Shown: positions 1-11,293, numbered from the stretch's first letter. The stretch is DNA of 64,000 bases from an uncultured Chloroflexia bacterium (GCA_963730175.1 CAVSRF010000022.1:5490-69489), one strand, 5' to 3'. The notes: a model not told the origin generated them from the letters alone. Translations and numbers: made by a program.

Positions 1-41
1 ATTGATGGTGACGTTTTAGTTTTATGTTAAACTTGGCGACT

Positions 42-1106
42 ATGACAGACAAACCCTACCTCGGACTTTTGGATCGTTACGGACATCTACTCGACCTCCC
101 GTCTCACACGCGGACCGTGAGCCTGCTCGAGGGCAATACGCCTTTGATCAAAGCGGACAGTTTATCCCGCCAACTCGGCGGCGGCTTTGAGTTGTTCATC
201 AAATATGAAGGGCTCAACCCGACCGGTTCCTTCAAAGACCGCGGCATGACCGCCGCTGTCAGCGAAGCGTTGGGGCGCAATGCTACAACTGTAATTTGTG
301 CTTCGACGGGCAATACTGCCGCGTCTGCCGCGGCGTACGCGGCGCGGGCAGGGATGAAGTCCATTGTGTTGATCCCACAGGGAAAGGTCGCGGCGGGGAA
401 GTTGGCAGGCTCCATTGCTTATGGCGCACAAGTTATTCAAATTGACGGTTCATTCGATGATGCATTGACGATGGTGGTTGCAATAACGAATAAACATCCC
501 ATCTGTTTAGTGAATTCGATCAATCCATATCGCATCGAGGGACAGAAAACATCGGCGTTTGAAATTTGTGATGTGTTGGGTTCTGCACCAGATTGGTTGT
601 GCTTGCCAGTTGGGAATGCGGGCAACATCACAGCCTATTGGGCAGGATACAAACAATATAACGAGATCAAATCCACGGGCTTGCCACAGATTTTAGGAGT
701 GCAAGCCGCGGGTTCTGCTCCACTCGTGTTGGGTCATCCCGTGGACAACCCCGAAACGGTCGCGACCGCCATCCGCATTGGGAAGCCTGCACGCGGCGAA
801 CAGGCAATTGAAGCGGCAGAAGAATCAAAAGGAAGAATCATCGCCGTGACCGACGCACAGATCCTTGATATGCAAAAGATGCTGGCAAAACTCGAAGGTA
901 TTTGGGTGGAGCCTGCCTCCGCTGCGGGACTTGCTGGTTTGGCGAACGATATTGCAAATGGCAAGTTAAATCCCAAAGGCAAAAGAATCGTTGCGATATG
1001 CACCGGTCATGGGTTAAAGGACCCGGACATCATTACGAAGGATATGCAGAAACCACAGATCGTCTCGCCGAAATTGGAGGCGTTGGAAGAGATTATTTTA
1101 GGGTAA
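42..1106 (+). CDS. thrC: threonine synthase
   Basis: PLP motif NPTGSFKDRG, plus CASTGNT and PVGNAGN; ATG 42 follows a TG-TTAAACT -10-like box, so probably leaderless (ORF track starts at 24). Confidence 0.95.
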   Translation: MTDKPYLGLLDRYGHLLDLPSHTRTVSLLEGNTPLIKADSLSRQLGGGFELFIKYEGLNPTGSFKDRGMTAAVSEALGRNATTVICASTGNTAASAAAYAARAGMKSIVLIPQGKVAAGKLAGSIAYGAQVIQIDGSFDDALTMVVAITNKHPICLVNSINPYRIEGQKTSAFEICDVLGSAPDWLCLPVGNAGNITAYWAGYKQYNEIKSTGLPQILGVQAAGSAPLVLGHPVDNPETVATAIRIGKPARGEQAIEAAEESKGRIIAVTDAQILDMQKMLAKLEGIWVEPASAAGLAGLANDIANGKLNPKGKRIVAICTGHGLKDPDIITKDMQKPQIVSPKLEALEEIILG

Positions 1107-1109
1107 TTT

Positions 1110-1166
1110 ATCGCGCTCATCGCTCATGCGTTCCTTGCTATCGCTCGTCACTCCGCTCAGCGCGAT
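1110..1166. repeat. REP-like palindromic element (TCGCGCT...CTCCGCTCAGCGCGA family)
   Basis: inverted termini; related, longer copy at 8220-8309. Confidence 0.6.
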
Positions 1167-1178
1167 GGATAGAAAATT

Positions 1179-2147
1179 ATGAACATCACCATCAAAGTCC
1201 CTGCCACATCTGCCAATCTTGGACCTGGGTTCGATACCCTGGGTCTTGCTTTGGATTTGTGGAATGAAACGCGAGTGGTCAACGGATTTGAAGCGGATAC
1301 GTTAACGGATTGCTTCGCGAAGCGGATAAGCGGACAGATGCCACGGATGAACAAATTGTTGTTTCCATTGAAGGGGAAGGCGCGGGAAAAATTTCAACGG
1401 GGAGGGATAATCTTATTGTTGAGGCGGCGATGAGGTTGGCGGAGTTGGCGGGGAAAGAATTACCTTCGTTCAAATTGAGTTGTGTAAATCATATCCCCAT
1501 GGGGTCAGGACTTGGTTCATCGTCAGCGGCAATATTGACCGGGTTGCTTGGGGCGGATGCGTTGTTAGGTGAACCATTTTCACGAAATGAGATATTGAAG
1601 ATCGCGGCGGAGATGGAAGGGCACGCGGATAATGTCTCTCCGGCGTTGTTGGGCGGGTTGACGTTGTCCTCGGTGAATGTAGCTGAAGACAAGGTGATCG
1701 TACGGCAAATTCCGATTGGGATGGATCTGTATGTCACGGTCGTGTTGCCTGATTTTCATTTATCGACAAAGGAAGCGCGGGCAGCGTTGCCGAAACAGTT
1801 TTCGATGAAGGATGCAGTGCATAATATCAGTCATGCCGCGTTGGTGTTGGAAGCCTTCCGTTGCGGAGACTTGAGTCTGCTTGGCGAAGCGATGACCGAT
1901 ACACTGCATCAACCCTATCGCTTGAAGTTGATTCCCGGTGCGGAAGCCGCGATGGAGGCGGCGAAGCAGGCTGGAGCCGTAGCCACGGCGCTTTCGGGAG
2001 CAGGTCCCAGCTTGATCGCGTTTTCTTCGGAAGCCGAATCAGCTATCGGGGAATCGATGAAGCGTGCGTTCGAGGAGGCGGGAACTCAAGGCAAGGATAT
2101 TTAATTTGAGGGTATCAGGTCGAGGGGCTGAAATTCACAACATGTAA
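1179..2147 (+). CDS. thrB: homoserine kinase (frameshifted, with internal repeat insertion)
   Basis: [37 protein letters not shown] motifs across ORFs 1179-1433 and 1310-2104. Confidence 0.93.
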
Positions 2148-2171
2148 GGCGGATGGTCAGATCCGCCCTAC
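2143..2171. repeat. GTAG-type REP-like hairpin
   Basis: tGTAAGGCGGATggtcagATCCGCCCTACa between convergent stop codons. Confidence 0.55.
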
Positions 2172-2610
2172 ATTTGATTCCATTCTTTTGCAAATTTCAA
2201 AATGCGCGGTTTGATGTAATAGGCGAACGGGTCGGCAACGGAGCGGCGTTCGGCGATGAGTTGCATCGCGGCTTGCGGATCGTGTCCCTGTGCGATGAGG
2301 ATGCAGGCACCCATTGCCACGCCGCGGTGACGTCCATAGGCGCAATGAGCATAAACCCTGCCGCCGTCACGGATCGTTTCGAGCGCGGCTTGTGCACCGC
2401 GTATCAATTTTTGAATTGAGAGCGGAAAGAAGGGACTGTCAATCGAGCGCAACCAGAGGTGGAGATGTGCTGGCGTGGATCAGGCTTGGGCGCGGACGTG
2501 AGCCGCATGTTGATGATGAGTTTCACACCGAGGTCATGCAGTCGGTTGTAATCTTTGAGGGAGGGCATGTTGCCGATGAAGAGGTCGTCGGTGATTTTCG
2601 AGAAGTTCAT
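2168..2610 (-). CDS. dual-specificity/tyrosine phosphatase family protein (frameshifted)
   Basis: FSKITDDLFIG N-terminus and CX5R loop HCAYGRHR; ORFs 2404-2628 and 2168-2452. Confidence 0.85.
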
Positions 2611-2725
2611 ATGGGGAAATGTTATCATAAGATAACGGTTTAGATTTCAAAAAATCGACATACAATTTTAGGATATTCTTCACTATCATTGGGGGTGTTG
2701 TCCATGTTAGAGTAGCCATTGGCAA

Positions 2726-4533
2726 ATGATGACATTACATACTTCTCAAAAACAAAATCCCCGCAAAGCGCGTCATATATACCTGCTCATAATGGCGCTG
2801 GGATTTATCTTATTTCTCGCGCCCGGTTTGCTTCTGACAGAAACCGTGGGAGCCTCACCGGACCTGCAAACGGATGTGACACCAACCGCTCGCCTGCGCC
2901 CACGCCAACCTTTGACCCTAAAAGGCTCGATAAGCCCGTCGCTCCCGCAGTCCGTGCGCAAGTAGATGAAGGCGCCGAGATCTATTGGGGCATTTGCATG
3001 GCTTGTCACGGCGACTACGGGCAGGGACTCACCGACGAGTGGCGCTTCGGCGGGTTTGGCGAAGACGGCAATTGCTGGCAATCGGGTTGTCATGGAAAAA
3101 ATCATCCGCCGCATGGGTTCGAGATCCCCAAGAGTGTGCTCCCCATCCCGGCGTTGAGTTCGGCTGGTTCGTTATGGCGCTTCGAGAATGCCCAGCAACT
3201 CTATGATTATGTCGTTGTGATGATGCCGTGGTGGAATCCCAACTCGCTCACACCCGAGCGGGCATGGCAGGTCACCGCCTATCTTTTGAAAATGCAGAAA
3301 AGCCTGCCTGAAGGCATTGTACTGAACGACACCAACGCTTCGGCGGTACCTGTCCATCGGCATATCTGCGTATCCACAAAACCAAAACACGGCTGTTTAT
3401 TTCTTCGTCGGGACTTTGCTGCTCGGGCTGTTCGGATTCGTCGCCCGTGACTTTATCGTCCAACGAGAAAACGCTTCAAACGCGGACCGAGCGCCTGCTC
3501 CTGCACGACCAAGCTTTGTCGCCCATTTGCATCCTCCCACCATTCCCGCACTGCAAGCGCGTTGGCGGTTCACGTTGGGCGCAGGCGGGATGGCGGTATT
3601 CCTTTGCCTTATCCTGACGATCACCGGCTTGTTGGAGATGTTCTATTACATCCCCACAACCGAGAGTGCCGCCATCTCAGTCGAGACCATCACGAACTTT
3701 GTACCGTTCGGCGCGTTGATCCGGAATCTGCATTACTGGTCGGCACAACTTTTAGTGATCGTGGCGCTCATCCACCTGGCGCGCGTGATCTTCACCGGAG
3801 CCTATGGCGCGGACGGAAGTTCAACTTCCTGCTCGGGCTGGGACTCTTCGTCTTCGTCGTCCTGCTTGATTTCACAGGTTACGTCCTGCGCTGGGATGAG
3901 GGCATCCGCTGGGCATTGACCGCCGGTACGAATCTGCTCAAATCCATTCCGGTTATCGGGGACAGCGTATATGTTTTCGTCCTCGGCGGCAGTCAACCGG
4001 GACCAGCGGCATTGGTGCGTTTTTACTCGTGGCATATCTTCGTGCTCTCGCTGACAGGCGGATTCTTCATGATCTGGCATTTGTTCCGTGTGCGCCGTGA
4101 TGGAGGTATTTCCGTGCCGCCCGCGGCGCAACGCGAGGATACAAAACGTATCTCACGTTACGAGTTGTTGAAACGCGAGATCATCGGAATGTTCGTTGGC
4201 TTGATCGTTCTCATCGTGTTGTCGACTTTATTCCCGGCTCCCATCGCACCGCCGATACGGGAAAGCACTTTGTTGAATGCCGAATCAAGCGCGCCGTGGT
4301 TCTTCCTGTGGGTGCAACAATTATTGAAGTTAGGTGACCCGTTCCTTTTGGGCGTCCTTTTGCCGCTTACGATCCTTATCCTGCTTGGAGCGATGCCTTA
4401 CATCTTCACGAACATTAAACAGAATGAATTGGGGCGCTGGTTCCCGCGCAGTGGACGCGTCGTTCAAGTGCTGTTCGTGATCCTTGCGATCTTCATTCTT
4501 GACCTTAACCCTGCTTTCCATTTTGAAGGTGCC
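2726..4533 (+). CDS. cytochrome c domain (CMACH and CWQSGCH) apparently fused to cytochrome b/subunit IV of a Rieske/cyt b complex (frameshifted)
   Basis: signal-like N-terminus, CxxCH, then cyt b heme ligands RNLHYWS...IHLARV and WHIFVL...WHLFRV, APWFF at the PEWY position; four ORF pieces. Confidence 0.75.
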
Positions 4534-4950
4534 ATGAAAAAACTATCCCGTAGAGAATTTCTAAGTCTGGCGACCAACTCACTCTTTGGGTTGAGCGCCG
4601 CGCTCGGTCTGGGCGGACTGATCCGATTCCTATCCTACGAAATGGACCCGGCTCCACCCTCCGAATATGATCTCGGTCCCGTCTCGGATTTCCCGGTGGG
4701 GTCGCGCATCCTGCTTATGCATATCCCTGCCGTGGTGATCCACGAAAGGGACGGCTGGCTGGCGATGAGTTTGATCTGCACGCATCTCGGCTGTACGGTT
4801 GAAGAAAAGGAAGGGAAGTACGAATGTCCGTGCCACGGCTCGAGATATGACGAAAAAGGACTGGTGCGGCGCGGACCTTCGAACAAGCCGCTCAATAAGT
4901 TGAGGGTGGAAACGAACGAGGCGGGGAATGTGATTCTGTATATGAGTTAG
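4534..4950 (+). CDS. Rieske 2Fe-2S subunit with Tat signal
   Basis: MKKLSRREFL twin-arginine motif, CTHLGC and CPCHGS boxes; own RBS-like GAAGGT. Confidence 0.92.
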   Translation: MKKLSRREFLSLATNSLFGLSAALGLGGLIRFLSYEMDPAPPSEYDLGPVSDFPVGSRILLMHIPAVVIHERDGWLAMSLICTHLGCTVEEKEGKYECPCHGSRYDEKGLVRRGPSNKPLNKLRVETNEAGNVILYMS

Positions 4951-5017
4951 AATGTGGGAAATGCTCGGATTACAATAGAATAAGTCGGCACACAAGGTTC
5001 ACAAAGGGCAGGTTCGT

Positions 5018-5092
5018 ATGGCAGAGACCGAATTCAAATATGATGTTTTCATTTCCTACAGCCACAAGGATGAAGAGTGGGGGACAACTTAA
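5018..5092 (+). pseudogene. N-terminal remnant of a TIR-domain gene
   Basis: translates MAETEFKYDVFISYSHKDEEWGTT*; YDVFISYSHKD is the typical TIR/SEFIR start motif. Confidence 0.7.
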
Positions 5093-5110
5093 AAGCCGAA
5101 CAGGTGAAAT

Positions 5111-6014
5111 ATGGATAACATAGGGTTATTACTTATTCTTTCCATAATTGTCTTGATATTTGTAATGATTTTGGCGATAGCCATTGGATATTTCTGGGCA
5201 TCGTCAACAACAAAAACCAATTAAACAAATAAAAGAACAGAGTGATGAACTTATAAACAAGCACAAGAACAATTGCAAAGTTGGAAAGAACAAGAATTAA
5301 ATGCTCCAGTCGTCAGCAAATAAGTGACGCCGCGAAAGGTCAGGCAATTCAAGAAATGCAAGATCAAGTGAAAAAATGGCAGGAAACAGAACTTCAACAA
5401 ACTCGACAACAGATATACGATTCAGTAAAGGGTCAAGCCGCTCAGCAAATGCAGGAACAAATTCAAAAGTGGCAGGCAAACGAATTAATTCAAATACGTC
5501 AACAAATGCTGGAAGGAGTTCGGGGAGAGGCAATAAAAGAAGCACAGGAACAACTTGTAAAATGGCGAACTGAAGAATTAGAAAATGCAAAAAGTCAAAT
5601 GTGGAACGTTCTTACTAAAGAAGCAACTGTAAGCCTTGACCAATGGAAGGTGGAAGCCGAAAAAGAGATTAGAAAAGACGCGATTGATAAAAGCTCAATC
5701 TGTCACAATGGGGAAAATGACAGAGCACATGGTTCCTTATTTGCCGGGATTTGGCTTTAACCCTGCAGATGCTCGATTTATTGGAAGTCCTATTAGACTT
5801 GGTAGTTTTTGATGGTTTAAGCGATGACGAAGTAAAGCGAATAGTGTTTGTAGAAATAAAGACAGGGTCATCAACATTATCAACAAGGGAGCGACGGGTA
5901 CGAGATGCTATCGTTGCCAAGAATGTTGAATGGATGGAAGTAAAAGCAAATTTAGATGGAGCAGATGTCGTTCGCAAGATCAAATCAAGAAAAAAATCCA
6001 ATTCAAGTTCGTAA
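5111..6014 (+). CDS. membrane-anchored coiled-coil protein with Holliday-junction-resolvase-like endonuclease domain (PF10107-like; frameshifted)
   Basis: N-terminal TM, about 31-aa Gln/Glu-rich repeats, C-terminal DLVVFDGL...IVFVEIKTG PD-(D/E)xK motif; AT-rich. Confidence 0.75.
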
Positions 6015-6116
6015 AACAAGAAAGTACGTATGAAAACCGATTGGCAAAAGTTTAGAAACAGTTTTGATAAATTTGTTGTTCAAGATTTGAAAAAGTCTTT
6101 GAGTATGAAATAACAC

Positions 6117-6212
6117 GTAGGGGCGACTTGTCAGGGACTGACTTTCGTCAAGGTCTTGCAAGACTTCCTTGCTTGACGTAACGACCGATAGCGCTTGGAG
6201 AGTCGCCCCTAC
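6117..6212. repeat. GTAG-type REP doublet-like element
   Basis: GTAGGGGCGAC...GTCGCCCCTAC termini; relatives at 27488-27548, 32138-32201 and 34715-34742. Confidence 0.7.
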
Positions 6213-6235
6213 GTTACTGTTTTTTGAATTCGATA

Positions 6236-7306
6236 TTATTGAATTGTGAATATGATGGCCTTCTGAGAGATGGACCACACTTCACCATTCCTAAGCAGGA
6301 TGCTCTCACCGGGGACCCACCAGCCAGCTACAGGTTCGGTTACCTCGCTTTCAAAAGAGTCACTGGTGACGATGGTTTTCAAGTCCGGGGAGAGTTCATA
6401 GATCCACACCTTGGTAGTGTTCATCTCTTCCACTTCAACAACAAGCATTCTTTTCTCCGGTGACCATAGCAGGTCGGTGGCACACTCACCTTGCGGGAGT
6501 TGTCCATCAGTTGTGCGGGGTGTGAAGGCTTCCGAGTCGTCGAGACGTGCGATCTCAAAAGGCGCGTTGGTGTAAACGATGGACTGATATTCAGGAATCC
6601 AAAGCGGTCTGTCACGGGCTGTTCCCTTACCGTCCACGTTATTTGTGACAGATTTGGTCAATTGCCGTGTTTGTCCGTTATCAACAGAAATAATGAAAAC
6701 CCCGCCATTTTTTAGATAGGCAATTGATTTACCATCCGGTGACCATGAAAAATTCCAGGCGACATCCGCAGATAACGTTTTGAATTCGTTCGGTCCTGTG
6801 AAAAGTGCCAGTGAGCCATCACCCAAAGCGGCAGCCAGGTATTGCTTTGAGGTGTTCGGATCAATTACGGGTGAGAAAGCAGCGCTCTTTACGCGATCTG
6901 GCCACCACATTTCGGATGTCCCTGAATCTGTAATCATAGACCCAAAGATCCGGTATCGTAGAGATTTCCGGCAAAAAGTGGGAGGAGAACGCGATCCGCC
7001 CGGTCAGGGGGTGTAATCCCAAAAGAATTTAATATCAACCGGGGAAGGTTCAAAGGCGCCTGTTCCATTGCGGATGGTGAGCACCTTGTCATCATGCCAC
7101 TCACTGCTGTGAAATGATGGCAGCCAGACCAGGGATGGAAAATTGGATGGGATGAGAGTGGGCGTAGTTTGCGGGGATAAGGTTGCGGTTGGCTCTACCA
7201 GGGTTTGGTCGGTGGCTGTTGCGCTGGGAGCGTTGCCCTGCGGCGCACATGCGAAAAGGATAAGTTGCAGGAAAATAAAAACAGTAAACACTTTGTTTTG
7301 TTTCAT
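6236..7306 (-). CDS. lipoprotein with TolB/WD40-like beta-propeller (frameshifted)
   Basis: LFAC lipobox, Thr/Pro stalk, WSPDG and WSPE repeats; ORFs 7004-7306 and 6236-6937. Confidence 0.7.
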
Positions 7307-7724
7307 AAGTACTCTCCTTATATGATTTATGAATAAAAAGGGGAACCACTAAATTGTATAGTCATCAAACAGATAAACAAACAGTGAATTAGTACTGCCA
7401 TCGTTTACCTGCACACTGATGACCAGCACCTTTATGAAGTCTTATACATTTGTGACTTTAAATGGTTGAAATGTTGAAGAACAGATGGTGGTGATTGAAG
7501 CAGCCCACCACCCGCCCACTCCCTTTTTGGGAGGGCGGGGAGGGTCGTTTTATGCTAGACTCGGCGCATGGAAACCCATCTCTACCTTCATCAACACCTA
7601 CTCCCCCGAATTCAAACAAAACGTGAAGAACGATCCGTCAGGATGACAAATCGGGAAAAGCTCACCTGATATTCCATGTCGATCTTACTCTTTCAGAGTT
7701 TAACCTTAATTACGGAGAATCACC

Positions 7725-8213
7725 ATGACCTTCCCCCAAACCTCAGGCAGTCCACACCACTTCCTTGCCAGTCTCGCCGGCGGCTGGACGGGCACATCCA
7801 AACTGTGGCTTGAACCCGAAAAATTATTGGATGAAGCCCAGATCATCGGCAATATCCAATTGATATTGGATGCCCGCTTTGCATTGTTCTTATATCAAAC
7901 CTCCGTTGAAGGAGAAACACAGCACGGCATGTTTACCTTCGGCTATAACACCACCCTCGACCGTTACGAAGCCACCTGGGTGGACTCGTGGCACAACAAC
8001 ACAGGCATCATGTTCTGTACGGGACACGCCATCGAAAACGGATTCCAAGTCCTCGGCAGTTATCCCGATCCCGCAGAAGGACCCGACTGGGACTGGCGCA
8101 CAGAAGTCGAGTTGGTCGATAACGATCATTTGACGATCACCGCCTACAACATCGATCCTGAAGGCGCTGAAGCCAAAACGACCGAGGCGAAGCTGACAAG
8201 AATGAAGAAATAA
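7725..8213 (+). CDS. DUF1579 family protein
   Basis: LAGGWTG...LW, GYN...YEATWVDS pattern; RBS GGAG. Confidence 0.75.
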   Translation: MTFPQTSGSPHHFLASLAGGWTGTSKLWLEPEKLLDEAQIIGNIQLILDARFALFLYQTSVEGETQHGMFTFGYNTTLDRYEATWVDSWHNNTGIMFCTGHAIENGFQVLGSYPDPAEGPDWDWRTEVELVDNDHLTITAYNIDPEGAEAKTTEAKLTRMKK

Positions 8214-8219
8214 AGTGCC

Positions 8220-8309
8220 TCGCGCTGAGCGGAGTGAGCCGACAGGCGAACGTAGACGAAGTGCGGTAACGCGAACGCTTCGTCTGCGCTACCGCTCCGC
8301 TCAGCGCGA
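8220..8309. repeat. REP-like palindromic element
   Basis: TCGCGCTGAGCGGAG...CTCCGCTCAGCGCGA perfect inverted termini with internal GACGAAG/CTTCGTC stem. Confidence 0.75.
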
Positions 8310-8324
8310 TGAAATGGAGTCCCT

Positions 8325-9322
8325 ATGAACATCCTCATTATCGGTGGAACACGTTTTCTTGGACGTCACCTCGTGGACTCCGCTCTCGCACGCGGACATA
8401 AAGTGACTCTCTTCAACCGCGGCAAAACGGACCCTGGCCTGTTTCCCCAACTGGAAACAATTCTCGGCGACAGAGAGCACGACATCGCGAAACTTGCGGG
8501 TCGCGCGTGGGATGCCGTGATCGATGTCGCAGGGTATGTGCCGCGCATCGTCCGCCTCTCAGCCGTCGGGTTGGAAAGAAGCGTGGGGCGTTACGTCTTC
8601 ATCTCATCCGTTTCTGCATACGATGACGCCATCTTAAGCAAGATCGGCATTGACGAGTCCGATGCGGTTGGCAAACTGGAGGACGAATTTGTCGAAGAAA
8701 TCACCGGCGAGACGTATGGTCCGCTCAAGGCATTGTGTGAAAAAACAATATTGGATATGTACGGCGAGCGCGGATTGGTTGTACGCCCCGGCTTGATCGT
8801 TGGTCCCAACGACCCAACCGACCGTTTCACCTATTGGCCCGTGCGCGTTGCCCGTGGCGGAGACGTGCTCGCGCCCGAAAAGCCTGAAGTGCCCGTGCAG
8901 ATCATTGACGTGAGAGACCTATCTGATTTCGTCATCAAGTTGGTCGAAGATAACGCATCAGGCATCTACAACGCAACGGGACCTGATTACGAATTGACAT
9001 TGGGTACAATGCTCGACACATGCAAGCAAGTGAGCGGGAGTGATGCAAATATCAGATGGGCATCGGTTGAATTTTTGAAACAGAACAACGTCGCAGAGTG
9101 GAGCGACATGCCGGTCTGGATTCCAGACAACGAAGAGAAGTCAAGGTTTCTCACGCGTAGATGTATCCAAAGCAATCAAGGCAGGTTTGAGGTTTCGTCC
9201 ACTGGCAGAAACCATAAAAGATACAATTGATTGGGCAAATACACGCCCGGCAGATCACGAATGGCGCGCGGGATTAAAAATCAGAAAGAGAGCAGGAGTT
9301 ATTGCATCTGCTCGATCAATGA
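8325..9322 (+). CDS. NAD-dependent epimerase/dehydratase (SDR, isoflavone-reductase-like; frameshifted C-terminus)
   Basis: GGTRFLG Rossmann motif, YGPLK, RPGLIVGP. Confidence 0.88.
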
Positions 9323-9341
9323 CAAGGAAAAATATTTTCAT

Positions 9342-9845
9342 ATGCACATCCATCGCGCAAAACAACTTTTGTTTGTATTTATCTTTTTGTTATCCGCCTG
9401 TGCCAAACAAACACAACCCATTCCGCCAACCTTCACTCCCCCACCTCCCACCGAAACCAGTGCGCCGCCCACAGAAATCCCCACCGAAACACCGACTGAA
9501 CTTCCATCCAACACAGACCCTGCGCTCTTCGGCGCCCTTGCCAAAAGCGAGATCAATCCGTTGGCGGCTAAAATTCACGAAGCCATCTTCATCAAAGTCA
9601 TGGACGGCTTCATTGCCAGCGGCAACATCATCGAATATCAGATCATCGGTTCCGAAGTTTTCCCCGCAGGCGACGGTACGCTCATCGCACAGATCACTTA
9701 CAACGTCCGCACCACAGACACATCATGGCTTGTAGATGGCGGCACACAAGCCAACGATAATTGGATCACCAACAAATGCAACCGCTTCGACTTTGTCAAC
9801 ACCGAAACGGAGTTTCAGTTGAAGAACCGTAGAACCTGTAACTGA
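9342..9845 (+). CDS. hypothetical lipoprotein
   Basis: LSAC lipobox and Pro/Thr stalk. Confidence 0.7.
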   Translation: MHIHRAKQLLFVFIFLLSACAKQTQPIPPTFTPPPPTETSAPPTEIPTETPTELPSNTDPALFGALAKSEINPLAAKIHEAIFIKVMDGFIASGNIIEYQIIGSEVFPAGDGTLIAQITYNVRTTDTSWLVDGGTQANDNWITNKCNRFDFVNTETEFQLKNRRTCN

Positions 9846-9888
9846 TGTTCAAAAAGATATTGATCGAAATCGAATAAAGGAGACTCTT

Positions 9889-10725
9889 ATGGCTGAAATC
9901 GAATTGCGTGAGGTTCCACTTTTCAGTGAAATGGATGAAACTGAGGTTGCGGGCATCCGTGACATCATGGACGAGATGAAGTTCAAAGAGGGTCAGGTCA
10001 TCATCCGTGAAGGCGAGACCGGCAACCTGTTCTATGTGATCACGGAAGGACGCGTGGAGATCATCATCCGTGACGCCGATGGTTCGGATGTGGTCCTACA
10101 TGAAGCGGGACCCGGTGATTTTTTCGGCGAGCTTTCGATGCTCACAAATGAACCGCGTTCGGCGCGTGTACGTGCCACAGAGCCGCTGACGACGCTGGCA
10201 CTGGGACGTGATGACTTCTTCGAATTTCTACGTACTCACACCCATGCCGCGCTCGACGTACTTGTGGAGTTGGGCGGACGCCTGCGAGATAATGACAACG
10301 TCTTTCGGAGCATGGCAAGCCGCAACGTCAATGAAGTGGATGAGGAGCGGATGACGTTGGGTCAGCGCGTAGCGGACAAGGTAGCGGATACGATTGGTTC
10401 ATGGCCCTTTATCATTATTCAAACAATCATCCTTACGATCTGGATCATCCTAAACGTTGCCGCCTGGATTAATCATTGGGACCCGTATCCATTCATTCTG
10501 TTGAACCTGGCGCTTTCGTTCCAAGCCGCATATTCGGGACCGGTCATTATGATGAGCCAGAACCGTCAATCGGCAAAGGATCGGCTTGCCGCGGAGATCG
10601 ATCATCATGTGAATACCAAAGCAGAATTGGAGATCAACAACCTGATGCGGCGCATGGATGAGTTGGAATTGAATATCGAGGAACAACACGTTGAGTTGAA
10701 GGAATTGATTATTGGAAAGAAGTAA
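9889..10725 (+). CDS. cyclic-nucleotide-binding domain plus DUF1003 membrane protein
   Basis: GDFFGELSM...PRSA cNMP motif; DPYPFILLNL...MMSQNRQ DUF1003 motif. Confidence 0.9.
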   Translation: MAEIELREVPLFSEMDETEVAGIRDIMDEMKFKEGQVIIREGETGNLFYVITEGRVEIIIRDADGSDVVLHEAGPGDFFGELSMLTNEPRSARVRATEPLTTLALGRDDFFEFLRTHTHAALDVLVELGGRLRDNDNVFRSMASRNVNEVDEERMTLGQRVADKVADTIGSWPFIIIQTIILTIWIILNVAAWINHWDPYPFILLNLALSFQAAYSGPVIMMSQNRQSAKDRLAAEIDHHVNTKAELEINNLMRRMDELELNIEEQHVELKELIIGKK

Positions 10726-10781
10726 AGAGCAGGAAGTACACAAACACGCAGAGAAATAACGAAAAAATAAGCGGAATAATA

Positions 10782-11279
10782 ATGAAAAAGATTTTGTTAT
10801 TGGTTATTCTCTTTTTGACAGGATGCAGTTTCGTCCCAACCCCGGATGATTTTCCGCCTCCCCCACCGATGACGCCAATCGTGGAATGGCCGCAAGCTAC
10901 AGCAACAGCCACCATTGAACCGCGCATACGCCCAATCCTATCAAGCGATATGCAGGATGCTGAAACATTCTTTTTAATCGTTAAAACGTCCATGGCTGCG
11001 GGTGATGACGTGAGAATTGCAGAATCGGTTAAGTATCCAATACATGTAAAGCTGGACGGACGGGATATTATGGTCAATGATCAACGTGAATTTCTGGATC
11101 AATACAAAAACATATTTGACCAGGGTTTTGTGAATGTTCTTTTTGAAATTGATGAATCTGACTTGACCCTTCTACCCAACGGCGTGAAAGTGAAGAGCGG
11201 CGAATTGTGGTTCAATTACTTCTGCGTGGACCTGACCTGCTCGGACGCGCAATTTCTGATCACACAGATCAACAAGTAA
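10782..11279 (+). CDS. hypothetical lipoprotein
   Basis: LTGC lipobox; GVKVKSGELWF motif near the C-terminus. Confidence 0.7.
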   Translation: MKKILLLVILFLTGCSFVPTPDDFPPPPPMTPIVEWPQATATATIEPRIRPILSSDMQDAETFFLIVKTSMAAGDDVRIAESVKYPIHVKLDGRDIMVNDQREFLDQYKNIFDQGFVNVLFEIDESDLTLLPNGVKVKSGELWFNYFCVDLTCSDAQFLITQINK

Positions 11280-11293
11280 TAGAGGAACAACAA

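Noticed and set aside
3562-4950. Cytochrome b-Rieske in-frame fusion in the ORF track
   Set aside because: The Rieske part has its own RBS-like site, ATG and Tat signal at 4534; the fusion is probably created by an indel near 4500
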